Origin: Eledone cirrhosa
Lineage: Eukaryota
Assembly (NCBI GenBank): GCA_964016885.1
Contig: OZ024741.1
Location: forward strand, 252,526,001 to 252,590,000
Reading direction: 5' to 3'
Length of the DNA stretch: 64,000 bases
Positions 54,543 through 64,000 of this stretch are shown piece by piece. The notes beneath the pieces are model-generated. The model was not told the DNA's origin. It searched no databases and saw only the letters and a program-made list of their open reading frames with translations. Position 1 is the stretch's first letter; the number at the start of each line of letters is the position of its first letter. Position numbers and translations under genes: made by a program.

Positions 54543-54675
54543 AGATAAATCTACCAAAAGTTTACGGTAGTGTCCAATCCGTATGAAGAACTCAATGTAA
54601 TCCGGATATCATGAAAAGAGAAGATGCATTCAAAAACTACTTTCGGTGAAAAATAAGCGGAAAACAGAGTCAAGA

Positions 54676-57600
54676 TAAATTAATAAAATAATGAATAAAC
54701 AAAGAAACAGTTCCTTATATTAAAAAAATTCATCATTTTACGATCATTTCTAGGATATATATGTTTTAGAGTTGGTATGCATATTCTATAGATCTATGTA
54801 CAATATTTATACAAACTATCAGAGGGAATATACATACCTACACATATATATGCTGTCTTCAGAAATAATGATATTTGTTTATTGAAAAAAACAAAGATTC
54901 AATACAATAGATCTGTTTGGGAACAGGTTTTGAATTGACCAATAGAGAGATAGTGAGGGTCAAGATAGTAATATAGTAGTAGATGAAAGAAGCGTTTTCT
55001 ATGAATTTGTAAATCGGGAACATTTTAAAGTTTGGATGTTGGTTAGGTGCACAATTGGCGATATGTTCACTAAAAGCAATCTTTCTATATTCCTATATTT
55101 TGATTTGTGATCTATGGACGGTCATACGTTGTCGGAGGCTGTTTTTTGTCTGTCCTATTTAGTACTCTTGACAATCTGAGCAGGTCGAAACATAGATTAG
55201 GTTTTCAGATGCACATGTAAAGTTGTGTTTAACTGTGAAATGTTGTCCTTGTTTAAAATGGAATGTTGAACCCTCTATTAGATTTATGCATATGTCACAG
55301 TTGGGCCTTCTGCATTTTTTTTACTGTAGGGTTCATTGTGAGGGTTGGTTGGATTTTGGCTTGTGTGAGGGTGTTTTTATGGATTTAGGTTGTCTTTTGC
55401 TCTTTATGATGTTGTGTGTTTGGAGGATTTTGTTCATTCTTGGATCTCTTTTAAGTAAAGGAATGTTCTGGAGGATGGTGTCGAATGCTTCATTGTTGAG
55501 GGGATTGTGTTTGGAGATGTATGGTAGAGTTTTCTGTTGCGGTTCATTCCTGGGTTTGGGGTGTCTGAGTTCCTGGATGTTGAGTTTTAGGGCACATTGG
55601 AATCCATTGTTGATTAAGGATGGTGGGTAGTTTCTGCTGATAAATGTTTTCTTTAATTCTTCTAGCATGTGTATTTATCTGAAACTATTGTGCAGATCCT
55701 TCTGGCTAGGTTATAAGGAATTGCCATTTTGGTATGGCGAGGGTGGCACGAGTTGAATGGAAGATATTGTTTGGAATCTGTGGGTTTGTAGTATATGTCT
55801 GTTTTTATTTTGTTGTTTGTTTTCTTGATGAGGATGTCGAGGAAAGGGAGTTGTTCATGGCTGTAATCCATTGTAAATTGTAAGTTTGTGTTGAGTCCAT
55901 TTAGAAGGGTTTTAAACTCAATCAGTCTTTCTATACTTTCATGCCAGAGGATGAAGCAGTCGTACAGATATCTCTTCCAGTTTTTTTCTATGTGTAGGTA
56001 GAAGTGGTTACCATATTTTTCTAGAACTTTGCGGTAGAGTGTGGTTTCCAAATATCCCATGACAAGGTTGGCGTATGAAGGGGCTACTTTCGTGCCCATG
56101 GCAGTCCCTGATTTCTGTCTGTAGTATTTGGCATCGAATTCGAAGAAGTTGTTTTCCAAGATGAATTTGAGTCCCTCCAACACAAATTCTTTAGGGATGC
56201 ACTGTGGAAGTTCACTAGGGAAATTTTCAAGCCAGAATTGTATTGCCTCTATACCTAGGTTGTGTGGGATATTGGAATATAGATTGATGACATCAAAGGT
56301 TACTAGTAGGGTATGTTCATTATTGAGTGTTGTTGGGAGGTGGTTGAGCATGTCAAGGTCGTCCCTTATGAAGCTTTTTATGTGTTTTAGGAAAGGTTTA
56401 AGCAGAATATCTAGGAAGTTGCTTAGGCGGGGGGTTTCACATGTGGTACCTGCTATTAAGGGTCTTAATTTAAAGTCATCAGGAGGGGGTATATTGATGT
56501 AAATGTCTGTGACTTGCTTGCAGGCCCTGTCTATTACTTCGCTTTTGTAACTCTTTGGGATACCGTAGAAGAGGCTGGTTCTGCTTTTGAAATTCCTTGT
56601 CTGTAAGGCCTTCTTTGTAAAGGGTTGTTAGGGATTTTAGGTTTCTCATTATTTTCTGTTGTGTGTAGTGTTGGGCCTTTTCGTAATATGTTTGGTTTTC
56701 TAGAGTTGAGAGTACTAGAGTCGTGTAGTAATCTGTCCTCATAAGGATTACTGCACTCCTTTTATCCGCCTCTTTGATTGTTAGGGTTTTGTCGTTCTTT
56801 AGACTGTTAAGACTATTCCATTCTTTTTTGCTTAGGTTTGGTTTTTGTTTATGTCTGTGTAGGTGGTGGTATGGGTAATTAGTAATGTGTTCGCAGAATT
56901 GATCGAGGAATTTGTTCTTGCCTGTTGGTGGGGTGTAGTTGATTCTATTTCTGGCTATTGAGTCATCCTCATTGTATTTGTCGTATAGTTGCTCACTGAG
57001 TCTTAGTTTTCTACAGAATTCTGCAATATCTTCCTTCATTTCGGGGTAGTTTGAACGTTGGGGAGTTGGTGTAAATTTCAGACCTTTGGAGAGTATGTTG
57101 ATTTGGTCTGTTGTTAATTCTTTAGAGGTTAAATTAACGATTTTTATTACATTTTGTGTGTTTTGTGTTATCTTGTTACTCTGTGTCTGTGTGCTGTGTC
57201 TAAAAAATGACTACGGAAGTTGTGGTGGTTGTTGAAGTTTGGATGTCTCTTATAGTTGTATTGGCCCCTGCTGTTGTTGTTAGAGAGTGTGTAGCTGACG
57301 TGGTTGTTGAAGTTAGGTTGTATCATGTGGTTGTATTGAGCCCTGCTGGTGTTGTAGGGTGTGTAGACTTGGTGGTAGTTGTAGTAGGGTTGTCTTGTGT
57401 GGTTATATTGAGTCCTGCTGTTGTTGTTATATGGTGTGTAGTTATGGTGGTTGTAGTGGTTAGGGTGTCTTGTGTGGTTGTATTGTCTCCTGCTGGTGTT
57501 GTAGTAGGATGTGGTTAGTGGAGGAGGATAGATTAGGGTTTCCTTATAGTTGGTGTGTGGTTGTGAGACCCTATGTGGCATGTGTGGTAGTTGTGTATTT

Positions 57601-58190
57601 TGGGTTCTATGTTGAAAGTAATGATGGTTGTGGGTTTGTTGTGTGGGGATGTTAGGGGGGTTGTAAGTGTGGGGGATTCTATGGTTTCTCCTGGTGGGAG
57701 AGAAGTTGTAGTGTCTATCTTGTAGCTGATGTTTCTCTATTACTATATTTGTTGCTTGGGAATCCGTGTGGTAGCTATGTGGTGGGTGTAGGAGGTAGGG
57801 GCGAGGTGATGCCTTCTTTTTTTTGGTATGTGGGGAGGTATTGTTTTTTTGTTGTTGTTGGTTGTTGTGTGGTGTTTGGTTGGTGATTGGGTTTTCTTGT
57901 TATTATGGTTTTAATGAAGGGGTTCTTTGATGTGTGTTCTTTTTGGAAAAGTGTTTCATAGTTAGAGAACCAGGTTTCATTTATTTCCCAACGTTGAAGG
58001 GATTTTAATTCTTCCTTATTACAGTCCTCTAACCATAGTGTTGAAATATTTTCTAGGTTGGTGTCTTTGGTTTTATTGATAATTGCTTGATTAATCTCAT
58101 CATCGATTGATTTGATCCTATCTTCATTTGCTTGGGCTCTCAATTTAAGGAATTCAATTTTGGTTTTTATGTTATCAAGTGCCATTCTTT
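54676..58190 (-). mobile_element. Neptune-type Penelope-like element, decayed, with 3' pLTR containing an HHR (54731..54870)
   Basis: LSKGLKFTP, IKEADK, LVTFDVINLYSNIPH, GTAMGTKVAPSYANL, RYLYDCF (catalytic DD damaged), FLDI, YYKPTD, SCHP; linker CRRPNCDIC; NLIY...IGQT. Confidence 0.92.
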
Positions 58191-58259
58191 CCCTGATATA
58201 TATATAGTGAAATAAGATAACAAGGTCGATTTGTTACTTCTTCATTACGTTTATTGGTT

Positions 58260-58344
58260 GGTGACGCGCATTTCGCCACTAATCAGCTGAAGGTTTGATC
58301 TGTATCGATTTGACCCAACTCTGTAACCCACGGCTCATCAGACC
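58260..58344 (-). ncRNA. Type-I hammerhead ribozyme with long domain II; decayed sister at 60348..60432
   Basis: ggt CTGATGA gcc...ggc GAAA tgcgcg TC acc; stem I is short. Confidence 0.6.
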
Positions 58345-58762
58345 CATTATAATGTTACACTCCCTGGATAAATAAATATATATATATACATATATGTATA
58401 TATATATGTGACATAAACAGGTACTTAAGGTTCATTGGGTTCTGGACCCCAACTCATTCAGTCTGTCATAATAAAAATAAAAATAAAGATAGCCGCCTAG
58501 GGTTGATGATGATTTCCTTTCAGAAATATATCATAAGAGTTTAAACAAAAGTATATAATTTGGAAATTAGTTAAAAACAGTTATTTAAGTTAGAAGGTAA
58601 GGTCAAGGGAGATAACTCTTGCGAGACCACAGTCAAGATAGCTGGAAAAAATTATTTTTCTATTTTTCTTCAGACTCAAAGAATCCAATTTCCTTGATAT
58701 ACAAAATAGTCAGTAAATCAAAGAATACTCCTAAACCTGTTACTCAGAATATACCTCTTTTC

Positions 58763-59130
58763 TTAAGGACAGTAGCCAAAGCAATCAAGCCATGTGTTGA
58801 GGTAGTGTTTATCTGAAGCTAGCTGTGAAAGTATATACCGCTTTTCCGAATTACAAAGGCGACAACATTTCGACCCATTCACATAGGCAGTAGATCTTTC
58901 TGATATCCTCCATTTGATGGGAAAAGATGTGCTGTTATTCTTAAGGTTCCATACATGATTTGTGAGCTGGTTGACATGTTTTGTCGGGATATCTGAAGGT
59001 TGTTTCATGATTCAGGTACCGGTTTTTAAACTGATTCTTGGACATACCAACATAAGTCCAGGCTTCAGTTTGGTGGTTCTGGTTGGTAGAAGTAACATCT
59101 GCTTGGCATATCACCACTGGAGTGTTACAC
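58763..59130 (-). pseudogene. Decayed PLE GIY-YIG remnant
   Basis: LTNHVWNLKN..IKWRI....Y..GSKCCRLCNSEK..IL....YLN. Confidence 0.7.
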
Positions 59131-59363
59131 TAGACCAACAGTGTAAATATATATATATATAGAGAGAGATATGTGTATCCTGGGTTCAATTGGGGGTAAC
59201 ACAGTCAGTAAGGTAGTCAATACATAGCAGAGTATAAATATTTAATATAGAAATGGCTTCTACAGGACTAGAACTGTTTCATTCGAAGGAAATGATCAGG
59301 AAAGTGGCATGTCAGTAGGATGATCCCTGTCATTCTTGCTCTTGTGTTGGCATTGTAAACAGA

Positions 59364-59410
59364 ACTGCAGACACTAAGGTTTCTGGGTGATTACCCTTCA
59401 TCAGTACAGT
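59364..59410 (-). ncRNA. Type-I hammerhead ribozyme
   Basis: actgta CTGATGA a-gggt-aatc-accc-a GAAA ccttagtg TC tgcagt. Confidence 0.7.
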
Positions 59411-59529
59411 ATATTATTTACCTGCCAACTGTCAGGCTTTAAAGAGGCTGTTTGCATAATGGCAAACGAATCGATTATTATTAATATTCTAAAAACTCAG
59501 ATTATATTTATATATATATATATATTTAC

Positions 59530-59607
<78 letters not shown>

Positions 59608-59649
59608 ATATATATATGTATGTGTGTTTGTCTATATCATCATTCATCA

Positions 59650-59980
59650 TCATTTCATTTTACGTCCACTTTTCCCTGCTTGCAAGGGTGGGGCGGGAAC
59701 TGATTCTGGCTTGATTTCTACAGCTGGATGCCCTTCCTAACACCAACCTCATTTACAGTGAGTGCTGGGTGCTTTTTTGCCGTGGCACCTACACGTCCAC
59801 TTTGCAGTGGAATAATAGGGACCCCAGTCCCTATCATCTCATTTCTACAGCTGAGTAAACTGGAGCAATGTGAAATAAAGTGTCTTGCCCAAGGAAACAA
59901 CACATCACCCAGTCTGAGAATTGAACTCACAACCTTTCGATTGCAAGCCCAATGCTCTAACCACTAAGCCATGTGCCTCC
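59650..59980 (-). mobile_element. tRNA-headed RTE-tailed SINE
   Basis: Reverse complement of the 12237..12575 family. Confidence 0.88.
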
Positions 59981-60045
59981 ATATGCCTATATATATATAT
60001 ATACACACACACATATATATATACACATACATATATATATATATG

Positions 60046-60102
<57 letters not shown>

Positions 60103-60493
60103 GTAATCTGAGTTTTTTTAAATATTAATAATATTTGATTCGTTTGCAATTATGCAAACAGCCTCTTTAAAGCCTGACAGTTGGCACGTAAATAATATAT
60201 ATATATATATATACCCAGGGAGTGTAACTTGGAGTTACTGTAGGTTCACCCGGGTGAGCACTCAATGTTTAGGTTCACTTCTGTGTCGAGGTGTAGAGCT
60301 AGACAGAGTGTATTATAGTGGTTACTCCTTCATTACATTTATTGGTTGGTGACGCGCGTTTTGCCACTGATCAGCTCAAGGTTTGATCTGTATCTATCTT
60401 ACCCGACTCTGTAATCTGCGGCTCGTCGGACCCCTTGTAATGCTAGTAGAAAAAAAATATATATATATATAATATATATATATATAATATATA

Positions 60494-61121
60494 TATTCAT
60501 TAGTTAAGCAAAACAAGACCACAAATTTCACAAGGAAGACATTATTAAAAGATTGTTAACATATTTTAGTTTGATGTAAGGAATGTAGAGAATAATAATA
60601 ATAATAATATTAATAATAATAATGTCCGTTTACAATTGTTTCGCTACTCCGTATAATATTTCTGGATCAGATGACTATATATCATAATTGATCTGGTTCA
60701 GTTGAAAATAATTAACATATTTTTAAAAAAAAGAGTGGCTCATCGGAACTCAAAGGAATATAAATTAAAATAATGTTACATAATATAATGTTACATATAA
60801 TAGTTTTTACTATGGTGTCTTGGTTGCATCAGCTGTCAGCCATAATCAAGCAGTACTCATCTGTCGAGGCTGCATTGTGTGAGATCTGCTAAATATGTTA
60901 ATTATTTTCAACTGAACCAGATCAATTATGATATATAGTCATCTGATCCAGAAATATTATACGGAGTAGCGAAACAATTGTAAATGGACATTATTATTAT
61001 TAATATTATTATTATTATTATTCTCTACATTCCTTACATCAAACTAAGATATGTTGACAATCTTTTAATAATGTCTTCCTTGTGAAATTTGTGGTCTTGT
61101 TTTGCTTAACTAATGAATATT
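60494..61121. repeat. Inverted repeat with ~228-bp arms; left side overlaps an HHR-like motif (60628..60749, -)
   Basis: 60494-60722 versus 60891-61121. Minus strand gtt CCGATGA gccactc...gagtagc GAAA caattg TA aac. Confidence 0.88.
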
Positions 61122-62262
61122 TCCAGCTCTGCGCACCTAACCTCTGCATGAACCCAGCCACCTAGCTGCTTTCTACTGCATATTGCACATTGAGCACATG
61201 CCTTTACGCTTTGGCTTCTAACTAACTCACCAATCTTTCCTCTCATATCTCCTCTACTATCTCCATCTCTCTCTTTAAGATTGGTTACTCTTGAACTGTG
61301 TATATAATATATATATATATATATAATATATATATATAATATATATATATATATAATATATATATATAATATATATAATATATATATATATATATAATAT
61401 ACAAATGGAAGTTCAGTAGAATCGATGCTCTGGCTGCGGCCAAGCTAACGAATGCAATCCGGAATGTGCAGCTAAGCACTCAATAAAGTAGTTTCACCTT
61501 AGAGTAATAACATAGGTTTAGACAGCTTGACAAATTGAAGACTGCGACCGGTTAGCCAGCCGCAATGACCAAAGCAATGAGAAAAGCAACTTAGGATAAT
61601 GGACCATCCTGTCGATATTATGCAATATCTCCGGTAGGTTTCAGTGAAACCGAAATAAACAAATCCACTTGAGTGGTATGTAAGTTTTTGGTTTTGGATG
61701 ATCGAACAGAGAGTTCACTTTATCAACAGGGTTCTGTTCAATGCCACGGTCGGGTGTGAATTATAGCAGTAAGACAGCTGGCTGTCATGTGGATTTCCCA
61801 AAGGAAGGTAACCCCCGGTTATGGTGGTCAAAATTCAGATTTTGAACAAAGGAATAAATTCCTTTCCGCAAACCGGATAAAGCTCTTGACCAGACGTTAT
61901 TAGACACACAATATATATACAAATAATATATATATATAAATAATATATATATATATAAATTATATGTATATATATGTATATATATATATATATGTATATA
62001 TATATGTATATATATATATGTATATGTATATATATATGTATATGTATATATGTATATATATGTATATGTATATATATATGTACATATATATGTATATATA
62101 TATGTATATATATATATGTGTATATATGTGTGTGTATATATGTATATATATATGTGTGTGTGTGTGATTATATATATATGTGTGTGTATATATATATTTA
62201 TATGTGTGTGTGTGTGTGTATGTGTATATATATATATGTGTGTGTGTAGATATATATATAGA

Positions 62263-62309
<47 letters not shown>

Positions 62310-62477
62310 ATATAAATGTGTGTGTGTATATTTATATATATATGTGTGTATATGTATATATATGTATATATATATATATGTATATATATGTATATATATG
62401 TATATATATGTATATATGTATATATATATTTATATATATGTATATATATATGTGTATATATATGTATATATATATAC

Positions 62478-62735
62478 AAAAGTCAGCTCAAAAGTGACAC
62501 AGAGGAGACTGAGGTTAGCTGGGCATGCTCACTGACATTCAGAGTTGACATTGCACTCAGTGCTCCTGTGGGGGACCCTACATGGACACACTGGAAGAGG
62601 AAGACCAAGGTTAATGTATGTTGATGCCCTAAGGACACTGGTCTGTTGGAGATGCAGGACATGGCAGGGATAATGAGGGACAGAGACCACTGGAGAGAAC
62701 TCGTCCATGGATCTCGGGAATTTTACCCGCCCTAG
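62478..62735 (+). mobile_element. RTE-like 3' fragment
   Basis: [12 protein letters not shown]...[10 protein letters not shown]...DRDHWR. Confidence 0.7.
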
Positions 62736-62736
62736 A

Positions 62737-64000
62737 TCATCATCATCATCATCATCATCACCGTTTTACGTCCGTTCTTCCATGCTAGCATGGGTTAGAC
62801 GGGTTGTCCTGTTGTGAGCAGTGTCTGGTCAGTTGACCATGCCTTGCTCATACATGAACTGATTTTGGCTTGATTTCTACAGCTGGATGCCCTTCCTTTT
62901 ATACTCATTTACAGTGAGTGCTGGGTGCTTTTTTCCATGGCGCCTACACATCCACTGTACAGTGTGGGCTGGGTGCTGTTTTGCCGTGGCACCTCCACGA
63001 CCACTTTGCAGTGGGAGGGTGTGGGGGCATATTGTCTATTTGCTTCAGCTTGTACCCATGGGAGGTCGGGTACTCTGTAATACTGCATGATGCCAGAGGT
63101 CATGGTCGTGTGTCATCGCCTTTGAGAGGTGCAACTGGGTAAGGTCGGCCCCTATCACCTATTCCCAGGTCTTCTTGGGTCTCCCCACTCCGCGGCTTCC
63201 ATTGACTTCTAGTGCTCTGCACCTTTTTATGCAGCTGTCATCCTGCATACACATCACATATACATACCAACGCAACTGCCTCTCCTGCACACAGCATTTG
63301 ATTCCTCTGATGCTCAGTCTCTCTCTCAATTCATTTATGCTTTGCCGTTCGCGTATATTACTATTACACATCCATCGGAGCATGCAGGCTTCGTTTCTTT
63401 CTAATCTACGTAAGTCTTCCACCTTCAGCGCCCAGGTCTCACTACCATGTAACATTGCTGTTCGGATACACGCATCATACAGCCTGCCTTTCATTTTGAG
63501 GGAGAAGCCTTTTGCAGCTAGCAGTGGCAGTAGTTCCCTGAACTTCTTCCATCCCGTTCTTATCCTAGTTATTGTACTTTCTGAACACCCACCTCTGCTG
63601 TTAATTCGGTCACCTAGGTAGCAGAAGCTGTCTACTGTTTCTACAGAGCCCTCTCAGAGATTGGTGGTACTTGTTTCCTGTGGCTGTTTGCTGCTTGCTG
63701 TCTCGGCCCAGCTGCTACATGTGAAGCCTACATTCTTAATTAAGCTTCCTGAGAGCCCGCTACATCTCTTGTGTACCCATTGTTTGCATTTGGGGCAGAG
63801 AATGGAGTTCCTACCTACACCTTTCCTACATACTGAGCAAGGCCATTTCCCTGAGGGGATCTGGGTTCTGTTTTCTTGTCTACTTACAAGGACCTTAGTC
63901 TTTGTCATGTTGACTTTGAGACCCTTTCTTTCTAGTCCCTGCTTCCAAGTTTGGAATTTCTTCTCTAGTTCTACCATAGATTCAGCTATAAGTGCGAGGT
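62737..64000 (-). mobile_element. RTE LINE family A, second copy (continues beyond the window)
   Basis: Closely matches 12590..13850, including the PHD region and (CAT)n tail. Confidence 0.93.

Noticed and set aside
59262-59302. HHR-like minus-strand motif ctgatca tttccttcgaat gaaa cagttc ta
   Set aside because: The core G is mutated and stem I does not pair; at best a dead remnant.

Overview
AT-rich, repeat-saturated eukaryotic intergenic or intronic DNA. The SINE families and (TA)n/(CA)n load suggest an octopus-like cephalopod (inference). No host gene is recognisable apart from one weak candidate exon. The window contains several RTE-clade LINE copies, two families of which carry a PHD finger inside the RT, plus CR1-group remnants and R4/Dong-type RLE retroelements. 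It also holds a nearly intact 5.8-kb Tx1/L1-clade element in (TTA)n, several Penelope-like elements (PLEs), tRNA-derived SINEs, a piggyBac-type MITE, a Helitron end, minisatellites and a ~4.6-kb segmental duplication. The main signal not shown by the ORF track is a dense set of type-I hammerhead ribozyme (HHR) motifs: about 20 copies from about 10 families, read by eye. These include a 5.2 x 310-bp near-perfect tandem array with one HHR per unit (retrozyme-like), HHRs with 60-110-nt domain-II insertions, a recurrent U4C core change, and fold-back duplications centred on HHR-bearing segments. All folds and alignments were done by eye, so boundaries are approximate.
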